A DNA stretch of 64,000 bases from an uncultured delta proteobacterium (GCA_963776345.1 CAVZMH010000016.1:64001-128000); one strand, 5' to 3'. Positions 20,572 through 30,639 are shown, counted from the first letter of the stretch. Notes: generated by a model not told the origin, from the letters alone. Made by a program: numbers and translations.

Positions 20572-21903
20572 TCAGAATCGTCCAAAGAGGCCTCCACCCA
20601 CCGAGACCGAGAATGGCGGCGTCGTCCAGGCCTCCTGGGAGTCGATCAGGAGCCTCGGGCGGATGAGGTTCGCTCCGGCATCGAGGTGCAGGCGCAGGCC
20701 GATGGGGTCGGCGAAGACCCATTCCCACTGCGCGCGCGCGCCGACCGAGACCACCCAGGAGCTCACCTCCTTGGTCTCACTGTAGCCCTGCCCGCGGGCG
20801 TTGAGCGGGCCGGCCTGGGTGAGCCCGCACGCGGCCCAGCTGCCGAAGCGGGCGCAACCCACCAGCGCGCCGCTCACCTGGGAGGTGGAGATGGAGCCGC
20901 TTCCGAAGGCCAGGCTCGTCCCTGGCAGCCAGCGCAGCTCGGCCTCCACCGAGGCGGTGCTCGAGGCCGCGCCGGCGTGAACGAGCACCCCGCCCGCGAA
21001 GCCCGGGAGCGCCCCGGCCACGCCCACCGCGCCCACGCCGACCACCGGTCGCCAGCCGGTCGTGGACGGTGCCGGTGAGGGCTCGGCGGCAGCGGCGACC
21101 TCGGCGAGGACGGGCGGGACGCCGGCGTCGGCCACGGGCACCTCCGGCCCGGCGTCGACCGGGAGCGCGGCGACCCCGGCGTCGAGCGGCGCCACCGGGG
21201 GCCCGGCGTCGGGCGGCGGCCCCGCATCGGGCTGCGCCCCGGCATCCGGTGAAGCCGCCCCGGCATCGGGCCCGGCCGGCGGACGCGCACCGGCGTCGGG
21301 AACCGAGACGACGAGGGGGATGAGACCGAGGGCGGCGAGCGGTCCGGCATCCGGCACCAGGCGCGGCGTCGGCTGGACGCTCCTCGGCGCTGGCGGGATC
21401 GGGGCCGGCGCCAAGGAGGCCGCCGCCGCCGCCGAGGTGCCCGGAGACGTCGAGGCCCCCGCGCCCGCCGAGGGGCTCGCGGCGGCGGTCGGCGGGTTCC
21501 GCGCGGGCGGCTTGGCGAGCGGGTCGATCGCCAGCGCGATGGCCAGCGCGACGGCGCCCCCGAGCTCCTCACAGCCTGGATCCGTGCCCGAGAGCTCGCG
21601 CACGCCGAGCACGCGGCGCGAGCGCGTGTCGAGGAGCTTCACCTGGGCGCCGATCGCACCCTTGCCTCCGCTCAGGACGCAGCTCACGGTCCGCTTCGCG
21701 GTCCTGGCGAATGGGCGGTGGCCGAGGATCTCCGAGACCTGGCCTTCGAGCTCAGCGCGGGACGGGCAACGCTCCGCTCCGGCCAGCTTTCGGTAGTCGA
21801 GCACCACGCGCGCGGGCGTCTGCCGGGCGCGGGCGTTCACGGTCGCGCCGCCGAGCAGCGACAGACAGAGTCCGAGAACGACCAGGCCCGCCGGGCGCGG
21901 CAT
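20572..21903 (-). CDS. Secreted protein: Cys-containing N-domain, xDAG-repeat linker, C-terminal beta-barrel-like domain
   Basis: Signal peptide, nine xDAG motifs, alternating-residue strands ending in terminal Phe (GLFGRF). Confidence 0.6.
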   Translation of the reverse strand: MPRPAGLVVLGLCLSLLGGATVNARARQTPARVVLDYRKLAGAERCPSRAELEGQVSEILGHRPFARTAKRTVSCVLSGGKGAIGAQVKLLDTRSRRVLGVRELSGTDPGCEELGGAVALAIALAIDPLAKPPARNPPTAAASPSAGAGASTSPGTSAAAAASLAPAPIPPAPRSVQPTPRLVPDAGPLAALGLIPLVVSVPDAGARPPAGPDAGAASPDAGAQPDAGPPPDAGPPVAPLDAGVAALPVDAGPEVPVADAGVPPVLAEVAAAAEPSPAPSTTGWRPVVGVGAVGVAGALPGFAGGVLVHAGAASSTASVEAELRWLPGTSLAFGSGSISTSQVSGALVGCARFGSWAACGLTQAGPLNARGQGYSETKEVSSWVVSVGARAQWEWVFADPIGLRLHLDAGANLIRPRLLIDSQEAWTTPPFSVSVGGGLFGRF

Positions 21904-21991
21904 CGGCGCGCCATCCTGCCGAAGCGGAGGGCGCCAGGCGAGAAAACAGAGGCAACGCCGGGACTCGGCTGCGAGGCGCCCGGCGCCGTGC

Positions 21992-23012
21992 TCAGGGCGG
22001 GAGCGTGATTCGCCCGGGCGCGGAACTGGCGCCGCTCTGGGTGTGGCAGCTGTTGCAGTCGCCGGTCGACACGGCGGTCCCCATCGCGCGCGTCTTGCCG
22101 TTGAAGGTGACCTTCGCGGTGATGGGGAAGGTCAGCCGGGTCGAGCCGTGGAAGTTTCCCGAGACGGAGCTCGCGGTGAACGTCGCCGTCACCCCGTTCA
22201 GGTCGGTCACCGTGACCACCGCCCCACCGGCTCCGCTCCCGTTGCAGTCGTCAGGCTCGTGCCCGCTGGGGAAGACGGTCCCGGCGACGCTGAAGGTCGG
22301 GCCATTCTGCTGCGTGTGGCAGGTGATGCAGGCACGACCGGGCTCCATGTCCGAGCTGCCCTGCGTCCCCGAGGTCCAGTACGAGCTGCTGGTGCAGGTG
22401 GGTGCGGCGCCGAGCGGATCCGGAGGCGGAGGAGGACCGGCGTCGGGAGCCGGAGGTGGGACGCCGCCGTCCACCACGCAGCTCCCCGCGGCCATCCCGG
22501 CAGTGACCCAGGCCTGGAAGCCGCTCACCTCGGCGGCGGGAACGGACGCGTTCGGCGCCGGGGGCATGGGCGAGGTGGTGGACTGGATCCGCACCACCGA
22601 CCGCGCGCCGTTGCTCTGCGACGGGTACCCGGGTGAGGGGGCCTGGAGCGCCGCCAGCGTGGCCAGCGACTGGGGTGCGCCGCCGCTCGGCGTCGAGCCG
22701 TGACAGCTCCAGCAGTGCGCGCTGAGGACGTCGTAGGCGGCGCACGGGAGCTCGGAGGAGAGCACCACCACGCCGCCGTCCGTGCCCGTGCCGCTCGAGC
22801 CGCCGTCCACGCCGCCGCCGCTCCCCGGCATCGGTGCCCGGACCGCCGGGAGCGCCCCCCTGGGTTCCACCGGGGGCGCCGCCGGTCGTCCCGGGCCCAC
22901 CCGTCCCCGGGGAGGTGATGCTTCCGTCGCAGCCGCCCAGCATCGCGGCGAGCGCCGCCGCGAAGACGAGCTCGCGCGCGCGGCCACCGAGACCACCCAG
23001 TCGTCGTTGCAC
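21992..23012 (-). CDS. Multiheme c-type cytochrome lipoprotein (3 CxxCH); N-terminal frameshift
   Basis: CWSCH, CITCH, CNSCH; signal AALAAMLGGC in another frame after SD-preceded GTG 23012. Confidence 0.7.
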
Positions 23013-23200
23013 CTGTCTGCCTCCGCTCGCGCCGTCGAGCAGACTCCCGCTCGGCATTGCGCGGGTCCGCCAGTCTCCGTCACGCACGGATGCGCTCGTC
23101 CCGGGCCCGGTGTGCGGTGCTCTGCCCTGCCGTGTGCATCACGCCTCCACCGAAACGAGCGCGCGCGCTAGGCTCCCGTCGCCATCCCAAGGGAGGACCG

Positions 23201-23548
23201 ATGCGCCACGAAATCCGGGTCGGCCTCGTCGCCGCAGTGGCCCTGGTCGCCTGTCGTCACGCGGCGGTCACGCACCTGGCGAGCGCGCCGCCCAAGCCGT
23301 CGGGCTGCCAGCTCCAGCTCTTTGCCAGCGAGGCGGAGGTGGGTCGCGCGTTCGAGGCCCTGTGCCTGGTGGACACCGAGATCACCACCACCCTGCTCCG
23401 CCCGGTCGATCCCGCCGCGGTCGCCGAGACGGCCCGCGGCCAGGCCTGTCAGTGCGGCGGGGACGCGTTGATCGTGACGAAGCCGGACGCGGGCACCCCG
23501 GAGGGCACCCCCATGGTGGTGAAGGTGATCCGCTTCACCGGGCCGTGA
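23201..23548 (+). CDS. Small hypothetical lipoprotein
   Basis: GGAGG SD, signal peptide ending LVAC, ACQCGGDA motif. Confidence 0.55.
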   Translation: MRHEIRVGLVAAVALVACRHAAVTHLASAPPKPSGCQLQLFASEAEVGRAFEALCLVDTEITTTLLRPVDPAAVAETARGQACQCGGDALIVTKPDAGTPEGTPMVVKVIRFTGP

Positions 23549-23586
23549 GCGCGCACGCAGAGCTGATCGCTCGAGCTGCCCGAGGC

Positions 23587-24972
23587 TCAGGAAAGTGGTT
23601 CAAACCTCGCCGTGAAATGACGCAGGTACGGAGGCTCGTGGACCATCCGGAAGCCCCGGATCCCGTTCCTGCGCGGAACGATCTCCTCCATCCCCTCGAG
23701 GATGTAATCGAAATGACTTTGCGTATACACACGTCGTGGAATCGCCAGCCGGACGAGCTCCATGGCCGCGGGCTGGAACGCTCCCTGCGAGCGACGGCCG
23801 AACATGACCGATCCGATCTCGCATGATCGAATTCCTTCGGACAGGTAGAGCTCCACGACCAGGGCCTGGCCGGGGTACTGCTCCGGCGGGATGTGGGACA
23901 GGAATGCCTTCGCGTCCACGAAGACCGCGTGACCTCCAGGGGGTTGAACGGTCGGAAACCCCAGGCGGTTCAGTCCCTCGGCGAGGTAGCGGGTCACCGC
24001 GATCCGGTAGCTGAGATAGCGCTCGTCCAGCACTTCTTCCAGACCCACCGCGATCGCCTCGAGGTCCCGCGCGGCCAGTCCACCGTAGGTGGGAAACCCC
24101 TCGGTGAGAATGAGCAGATTGCGCAGACCGTCCATCCACTCCCGGCTCTTCAGCGCGATGAATCCGCCGATGTTCGAAAGGCCGTCCTTCTTCGCGCTCA
24201 TCAGGCAACCATCGGCGAGGCCGAAGGTCTCCTGAGCGATCTCCCGAACCGACCTGCCCTCTTGCCCGATCTCGCGGGATTTGATCAGAAAGCTGTTCTC
24301 CGCGAACCGGCACGCGTCCACGATGAACGCGATTCCGTGCCGCCGATAGACCGCCGAGGCTGCGCGGAGATTCTCCAGAGAGACCGGCTGACCCCCACCG
24401 GCGTTGTTGGTGAGGGTCAACATCCCGCAAGGGATCTTTCCCCGGTTCTCGGAGCAAAACGCATCCAGGCGCTCGATGTCGATGTTCCCTTTGAATGGAT
24501 AGGTGCTCGCAGGATTCGTCCCCTCCGCAATCACCAGATCGACCGCCTCGCCACCGAGCTGCTCGATGTTGGCACGCGTGGTGTCGAAGTGGTTGTTCGA
24601 GGGGATTCTGCTTCCGGGCTTGACGATGACGGAGAAGAGAAGCCTCTCCGCTGCGCGCCCCTGATGTGTCGGGATCACCACCGGGTAGCCCGTCAGCTCG
24701 TGAACGACCTTCTCGAATCTCGCGAAGCTGCGGGATCCTGCGTAGCTCTCGTCCGCGACCATCATCGCCCCCCACTGCGCGGCGCTCATGGCGGTGGTGC
24801 CGGAGTCGGTCAGGAAATCGAACGTCACCTCCTCCGATGGCAACAGGAACAGGTTGTAACCCGCCCTCCTCAGGGACTGCTCGCGCTCCGCGCGCGAGCG
24901 CATGTTGAGCGGCTCCACGACCTTGATCTTGAAAGGCTCGATGATGCAGCGGTGTCCTCTCGTGTCATCCAT
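23587..24972 (-). CDS. tnaA: Tryptophanase (beta-eliminating lyase)
   Basis: DFLTDSGT, HQGRAAE and SAKKD PLP motifs; EIG and LRHF match tryptophanase rather than tyrosine phenol-lyase (ERG, LRFF). Confidence 0.8.
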   Translation of the reverse strand: MDDTRGHRCIIEPFKIKVVEPLNMRSRAEREQSLRRAGYNLFLLPSEEVTFDFLTDSGTTAMSAAQWGAMMVADESYAGSRSFARFEKVVHELTGYPVVIPTHQGRAAERLLFSVIVKPGSRIPSNNHFDTTRANIEQLGGEAVDLVIAEGTNPASTYPFKGNIDIERLDAFCSENRGKIPCGMLTLTNNAGGGQPVSLENLRAASAVYRRHGIAFIVDACRFAENSFLIKSREIGQEGRSVREIAQETFGLADGCLMSAKKDGLSNIGGFIALKSREWMDGLRNLLILTEGFPTYGGLAARDLEAIAVGLEEVLDERYLSYRIAVTRYLAEGLNRLGFPTVQPPGGHAVFVDAKAFLSHIPPEQYPGQALVVELYLSEGIRSCEIGSVMFGRRSQGAFQPAAMELVRLAIPRRVYTQSHFDYILEGMEEIVPRRNGIRGFRMVHEPPYLRHFTARFEPLS

Positions 24973-27259
24973 GGGCGCCTGCTCCCGGAGCCGCGAGTCG
25001 ATGTTCGCAAAACTTCGACAATAGGTTTATGGCCCGGTCGGCGGTGCGGAACGTGGGGACCGCGTTCTCCTCGAGCAGCCGCACCATCGGGTCGTAGAGT
25101 GCGCCACCCTCCACCACGACGACAAAGGGCTTCGCACACCCGGCCTTGATCCGGATCAGCCGTCTCGCGATGCCGGAATCGTCCGAGAGGTCTCCTCCCG
25201 CTCCTGCCCGTGCTTCGGCTCCCCTGGGCAACGTCTGAAGGGCTGGCGTGAGTGGAACACATCCGAGGATCGCGACATCGACGGAGCCGTCTTCCAGCAG
25301 AGCCCGGATGGCACGCTCGTACTCCGCGTCAGCGCACATCGGGGTCAGATCCAGGGGATTGTGGACATCGACGATCCCGGAGATCCCGACTTCTGCAAAG
25401 ACTTCTCCCAGCCGCTTCACGGTCCCAGGCTCGAGCTCGGGCAGGACGAAGCTCCCCAGATGGTCGGCAAAGGCGACGCATTCGAAGCCGGCGTTGGACA
25501 GAGCCCCCAGCCGCCGGCCCGTCACTGCCCGCCCGCGCAGGAACGTGAACAGCTTGATGAGATCGCCAAATTCAGCGAGGGAGTCCGCGAGAACGACGCC
25601 GGCGCTTCGGCAGAGCTGCCGGGTGACGGCATAGTCCCCGGCGATGGAGGCGGTGTGGCTCGAGGAGGCCTGAGCGCCGGCCGCGGTCCGGCCTGCGCGG
25701 TAGAGAAGGACGGTCTTCCCGGCGGCGGTGATCTCTCGAGCGGCGGCGAGAAACCGGGCTCCATCCCCCAGCTTGAAGCCCTCGAGATAGACGGCATAGA
25801 CGTCGATGTCGGGATCGTCCTTGAGGTAGACGAGATAGTCGCCCGCCGTGAGGTCCATCTGGTTTCCCACGGAGATGGCAAACCTGGGGTTGACCCCGGT
25901 GAGGTCGGAGATCCGGGAGATGGCGAACGCTCCGCTCTGCGAGATCACCGCCACCGGAGAAGGGGGCCCCCGAGGCGCGGGGAGCTTGTTCTCCGGGATG
26001 AAGAAGGTGTCGTAGCGGCCCGGCACGGAGCGGATGCCAAGGCAGTTGCCGCCATTGATGACCGGCCCGCGCCAATCGCTTGCTCGGGCCGTCGCGAGCG
26101 AAGTTTGCATCCGGGCAACGAGGGCCTCGGTGCCCTCCTTCTCCTCCAGCCCGCCCGGGATCACCACCACCGCTTCTGCCTTCCTGTTTTCGATGACCTC
26201 GGCGAGCACTCCGGGGATCTGGGATGCGGAGATCGCGAGGACCAGGAGATCCACCTTGTCCGTGAGAGCCTGAACGTCATCGACACACCGGCAGCCCTCG
26301 ATGCGCTGGGTGGACCCGGCGGACCGCATGCCGGGTTTGATCACCGTCATCGCCTCCGGGTCGAAGCCAGCGCCGAGGGTATTCTTCAAGATGATCCGCC
26401 CCGGGTTCATCGTTCCCGAGACCCCCGCCAGAGCGATGGTGCGTGGTTCGAGCAGGTTCCGGAGCTTCTCCAGGGGCCTTGCAGGTGCCGCGGCGCTCGG
26501 CGCTGGCCCGGGGATGACCAGCACGTCGAGGGCGACGAGCCTCTTGCCGGTGACCACCAGCGGGTTGATCTCCAGCTCCCGGATGGCTCCGGGGATGAAT
26601 CGGTCTGCGACATCCAGAAACCTGTCGATCACCGCGATCAGCTCGCCCTCCCCGATCCTCGGTTCACGGCCGCGCAATGTTCCGGTGAGGAGCGGCAAGA
26701 GACCCAGAGCGCCGAGTGCGTTCCGGGTCGCCCCCGGAGAGCGGTCCTGCGGCGAGAAGACGGCCAGCCCGGTCCCGGGCAAGAGCTGGCTGGACAGAAG
26801 CTCGGAATGAATGCCGCCGGGTCCCAGGCTGACGATGGGCCCGAAGTCCTCCGTCCAGCGCATGCCGAGGAGGAGATCGCCTCCGAGCGCAGGGTCGTAG
26901 GGGATGAACTCCTCGAGGAGAAATCCCTCGATCCGGTGCGTCCTGGCCAGCGCGGACTCCATCCGCTGCATCTCTGCCAGGAGCGCCTCCTGTCTCTTTG
27001 GCAGGATCACCACGGCACCCAGCTCGGTCTTGTGCAGGATGTCCCTGGAGAGCGCCTTGAGGACCACCCGGTCCCCGGGGAACGCCGCGAGCTCCGCCTC
27101 GGATACCCTCGGATCGGCGCGGATCCCTGGAATCACCAGGTGCTTCGGAACTGCGATCCCCATCGCCTGGAGGATCTCCAGCCCCTCGGTCTCGAGCAGC
27201 GGACGCTGGTCCCGTCCGAGGGCGTTCCGGAGAGCGCGCTCGATGCGTTCAAGCTCCAT
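24965..27259 (-). CDS. ADP-forming acyl-CoA ligase (N-terminal ATP-grasp, then CoA-binding and ligase domains)
   Basis: ILHKTELGAV, ELEINPL, GGNCLG, SQSGA, phospho-His motif SSHTASIAG, NPLDLT. Confidence 0.85.
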   Translation of the reverse strand: MELERIERALRNALGRDQRPLLETEGLEILQAMGIAVPKHLVIPGIRADPRVSEAELAAFPGDRVVLKALSRDILHKTELGAVVILPKRQEALLAEMQRMESALARTHRIEGFLLEEFIPYDPALGGDLLLGMRWTEDFGPIVSLGPGGIHSELLSSQLLPGTGLAVFSPQDRSPGATRNALGALGLLPLLTGTLRGREPRIGEGELIAVIDRFLDVADRFIPGAIRELEINPLVVTGKRLVALDVLVIPGPAPSAAAPARPLEKLRNLLEPRTIALAGVSGTMNPGRIILKNTLGAGFDPEAMTVIKPGMRSAGSTQRIEGCRCVDDVQALTDKVDLLVLAISASQIPGVLAEVIENRKAEAVVVIPGGLEEKEGTEALVARMQTSLATARASDWRGPVINGGNCLGIRSVPGRYDTFFIPENKLPAPRGPPSPVAVISQSGAFAISRISDLTGVNPRFAISVGNQMDLTAGDYLVYLKDDPDIDVYAVYLEGFKLGDGARFLAAAREITAAGKTVLLYRAGRTAAGAQASSSHTASIAGDYAVTRQLCRSAGVVLADSLAEFGDLIKLFTFLRGRAVTGRRLGALSNAGFECVAFADHLGSFVLPELEPGTVKRLGEVFAEVGISGIVDVHNPLDLTPMCADAEYERAIRALLEDGSVDVAILGCVPLTPALQTLPRGAEARAGAGGDLSDDSGIARRLIRIKAGCAKPFVVVVEGGALYDPMVRLLEENAVPTFRTADRAINLLSKFCEHRLAAPGAGAHG

Positions 27260-27833
27260 GCTGCTCGAAAGCCTGCTTGCCCGCAGTGAAGGCCCGCATG
27301 TTCATCTCGACCACGCGGGCGCCCTTTCGCCCGAAGAAGCGCTCCACCGAGCGCTGGAGCAGCTCGGGCCGGATGGGAAGGAGGTGGGAGGCCGCCCCTG
27401 CCATGACGACGTTGCCAGCAGTTGCCGAGCCTGCCTTTCGCGCGAGCGGTTCCGCTTCCACCAGGAGAAACCTGGGAAAGCTCCGGATCCGATCCAGGAG
27501 CTGCTGGATGTCCGGGTAGTCTGGAATGTTGACCACCGGCATCGTGGCAGTGATCAGCGTTCCCTCGGCCCCGAGGTAGGAAAGATGCCGCAAGGCCTCA
27601 AGCGGCTCCATGCTGAGAAGGAGCGAGGCGCCACCCTGAGGGATGAGGGGACTGGCCACGGGCTTGTCCGAGAGGCGGAGATTCGCGACGACGGCGCCGC
27701 CGCGCTGGGACATTCCGTGCACCTCGGTCTGCTTGACGAAGAGGCCCTCCTCCAGAGCGGCCTGCGCGATGATGCTCGCCACGCTCAGGCCCCCCTGGCC
27801 GCCAACGCATGCGAGGACGACGTCGAACTTCAT
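27249..27833 (-). CDS. iorB: Indolepyruvate:ferredoxin oxidoreductase beta subunit
   Basis: VGGQGGL and EVHGMSQRGGAV. Confidence 0.9.
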   Translation of the reverse strand: MKFDVVLACVGGQGGLSVASIIAQAALEEGLFVKQTEVHGMSQRGGAVVANLRLSDKPVASPLIPQGGASLLLSMEPLEALRHLSYLGAEGTLITATMPVVNIPDYPDIQQLLDRIRSFPRFLLVEAEPLARKAGSATAGNVVMAGAASHLLPIRPELLQRSVERFFGRKGARVVEMNMRAFTAGKQAFEQHGA

Positions 27834-29462
27834 GACCTTGCCGGGCGGTCCTTCCTCCGCTTGGCGGCCTCGACGCACTCGCGGACGGCGATCACCACGG
27901 AGAGCCCGGCATGGTCGACCTCGGCGCGCATGATCGCGGTGTTCTGTTCAGCATGCTTGGGGTGCGCGGTGATGACCCGCAGGTGATCCGGGTGGACGCC
28001 CAGACCCAACACGATCCCCGTCAGCCGAGAGGTGGGAACCAGGGTCTGCTGGCCCCCCGTCATCGCCACGGTCTCGTTGTCCAGGATGAGGACCGTCATC
28101 GGTGTGTTGGCGGCCGCTGCCTCGAGGAGCGGCGGGATGCCCGAGTGAACGAAGGTGCTGTCGCCGATCACCGCAACCACCGGGCGAAATCCCGCGTCCA
28201 CCGCACCCCTGGCCATGCCGATGGAGGCTCCCATGCAGACGCAGCTCTCGGTCACCGAGTGGGGCGGAAGCGCCCCCAGGGAGTAGCAGCCGATGTCCGA
28301 GGTCACGAGCTTCGCTTCAAAGGAAGCCAGGATGGGCTTCAGCGCGTCGTAGGTATCGCCGTGCGGGCATCCCGAACAGAGCTGCGGCGGCCTCCCGGGC
28401 AGGCGGAGACCCGGAAACACCGCTTCGAGCGAGGCGCTTCGTCGTCAGAGGCAATTCCAGGGTCTGTCGGATGAGATCCGGCGTCAGCTCGCCCTCCAGC
28501 GGGACATGGCCGGATTCCTTTCCGAGAATCTCGTGCTCCAGCGGGAGAATTCCGCGCAGACGCCTTTCGAGAAATGAATGGCCCTCCTCGAACACGACAA
28601 TCTTTCCCACCTGGCTCGCCAGACTGCGGATCTTCTCCCGCGGAAGAGGATAGGCCCCCACGTGAAGATGGGCCGGGGAATACCCGAGCAGGTGTGTGAG
28701 GTCGTCGAGGCTCTCGAGGAAGTAATCGCGCGCGATTCCTGTGGTGATGACCCCGAGTCGGTCGCGCACTTCCCTGGGCCCCCCTGCCGGCTCCAGCCAG
28801 TTGTAGGACGAGGACTCGCTGAAACCTTCCAGGTCCTTCTGTCTCTCGAGGTGCTCGTGCCACTGGCGCCTGGCATTCATCGGCATGAGGATCCATGACG
28901 ACGCGCGGGGAGCCTTCTCCAGTGCCTTCGGACCGCGCTCCTCGGCGGTCCTGACCGTGCCCCGTGCATGCGACACCCGGGTCACAAGCCGGAGCATCAC
29001 CGGAACGCGGAATCGTTCCGACAGGTCGAACGCATCCCGTGTCATGTCATAGGCCTGCTGCGGGTCCGCAGGCTCGAGGCACAGAATGCGCGCAAAGTCG
29101 GCGTAGAAACGACTGTCCTGCTCGTTCTGGGAGCTGTGCATCCCCGGATCGTCCGCCACGGCGAGCACCAGTCCCGCGTGCGGCGCGACGATGGCCGAGC
29201 TCATGAAGGGATCGGCCGCCACGTTGAGGCCGACGTGTTTCATGGTCACCAGAGCGCGGCGACCAACGAACGTCACCCCGAGCGCGGCTTCGTATGCGGT
29301 CTTCTCGTTCGCGCACCATGACACGACCGCCTCGTGGTTCCGCTCGAGGAGCGATTCGATGATCTCGGTCGATGGGGTCCCCGGATAGCCGTAGGCCGCA
29401 GTGATGCCCGCATGAAGGGCGCCAAGGGCCACCGCCTCGTTTCCGAGCAAGATCGGATTCAA
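27830..29462 (-). CDS. iorA: Indolepyruvate:ferredoxin oxidoreductase alpha subunit; frameshift near 28420
   Basis: GNEAVA, YPGTPSTEI, MKHVGLNVAAD, SSQNEQD, CSGCPH, DIGCY and ThDP motif GDSTF...LDN. Confidence 0.9.
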
Positions 29463-29488
29463 TCCCTGGACTCCTTCGATGTCTGGGC

Positions 29489-29504
29489 TGCAAGTCGTAT
29501 GCCA
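29489..29504 (-). promoter_or_regulatory. Sigma54 (-24/-12) promoter of the ior-acd-tnaA operon
   Basis: Minus strand TGGCATACGACTTGCA matches TGGCAC-N5-TTGC with exact GG-N10-GC spacing, about 27 nt upstream of the iorA start and its AAGGAG SD. Confidence 0.75.
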
Positions 29505-29667
29505 CCGCGCGCTGACACTCAGCGTCCCCGCGGCTGATCTCGATGGGCGACCTCCATCGGCGCAATCACTTCTGCCCTGGTGAGCCTGGCCGGTTCGCGG
29601 TGTTCACGGAGCAAGGAGAGGCTCCTGGGTGGATCTCACCCGAACGCGCAAGCGGTTCGCTTTCGCT

Positions 29668-29735
29668 CCGGAGAAGAGGCCGAACTCGACGGCGGTGAGG
29701 AGAACCTTCGACGCCCAGAACGCGGTGCCCAGCGC
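29668..29735 (-). pseudogene. Remnant of an O-methyltransferase N-terminal dimerisation helix
   Basis: LGTAFWASKVLLTAVEFGLFS; the rest of the gene is absent. Confidence 0.5.
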
Positions 29736-29751
29736 GTCATCGAGCCTCAAG

Positions 29752-29840
29752 TGGTGGCCCTCCCCGGACTCGAACCGGGACGCGGGGTCAGCCGCAGCGG
29801 ATTTTGAGTCCGCCTCGTCTACCAATTTCGACAGAGGGCC
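29752..29840 (-). tRNA. tRNA-Leu(CAA)
   Basis: Acceptor stem GGCCCTC/GAGGGCC-A-CCA, anticodon arm GCGGA-CTCAAAA-TCCGC, long variable arm, GGTTCGAGTCC T-arm. Confidence 0.97.
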
Positions 29841-29879
29841 TTGCGACGCCGCGGGCAGCGGGTCTAGCACGTCCGCGCC

Positions 29880-30611
29880 ATGTACAACCTTCTCATCGCC
29901 TTCGCCGCGGGCGTCGTCGTCACCGTCGCCGTGCGGCTGGCCGGACTGCCGCTGCTCGCGGGCATCGTGCCCGGAGTGCTGGTGTTCGTCGGCGCCTACA
30001 TCCTCCTCGCCCGGCGCATCTCCCAGCGGCTCAAGGCCCTGGTCGCCACCGCCCAGAAGGAGCTCCAGGGCATCTCCTCCCCCCGCGATCGCGACGCGAA
30101 GGTCGCCAAGGCGGTGAAGACGCTCCAGCAGGGCCTGCAGTATGACCGGTGGCAGATCATGGTCGCCGCGCAGGTCCACGGGCAGATCGGGGTCCTCCAT
30201 TACATGCTGAAGGACTACGCCGCGGCCGAGCCGCACCTGGCGCAGGCGAGCGGCCGCGACCCGATGGCCCAGGCCATGCGCGGCGCTCTGTACTACCAGC
30301 GCAAGGAGTACGGCCCGATGGCCGAGGCCTTCGAGCGCGCGGTGAAGGCCGGCAAGAAGGAGGGGCTGGTCTGGGCGGTCTACGCCTGGTGCCTGCAGCA
30401 GTCGAAGGAGCGGGAGAAGGCCATCGCCGTGCTCGGCCGGGCCGTGGCGGCCAATCCCAGCGACGAGAAGCTGAAGGCCGGCCTCACCGCGCTCCAGAAC
30501 GACAAGCGCATGAAGATGAAGGGCTGGGAGCCAATGTGGTGGCAGTTCAACCTCGAATCCCCGCCCCAGGACTTCGGCGGCGGACGCAGGGTTCAGTTCC
30601 AGCGTCGGTAG
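29880..30611 (+). CDS. Membrane-anchored TPR protein
   Basis: Two N-terminal TM helices followed by TPR-like helical repeats. Confidence 0.65.
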   Translation: MYNLLIAFAAGVVVTVAVRLAGLPLLAGIVPGVLVFVGAYILLARRISQRLKALVATAQKELQGISSPRDRDAKVAKAVKTLQQGLQYDRWQIMVAAQVHGQIGVLHYMLKDYAAAEPHLAQASGRDPMAQAMRGALYYQRKEYGPMAEAFERAVKAGKKEGLVWAVYAWCLQQSKEREKAIAVLGRAVAANPSDEKLKAGLTALQNDKRMKMKGWEPMWWQFNLESPPQDFGGGRRVQFQRR

Positions 30612-30639
30612 TCCCTGGCCCGGCGGGAGACGACACGCC

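Noticed and set aside
21040..21360. CRISPR-like or tandem DNA repeat
   Set aside because: Repeats are degenerate, in-frame codons of the xDAG linker; no constant repeat-spacer structure or cas genes
23587..24972. Tyrosine phenol-lyase
   Set aside because: Specificity positions (SAKKD, EIG, LRHF) match tryptophanase
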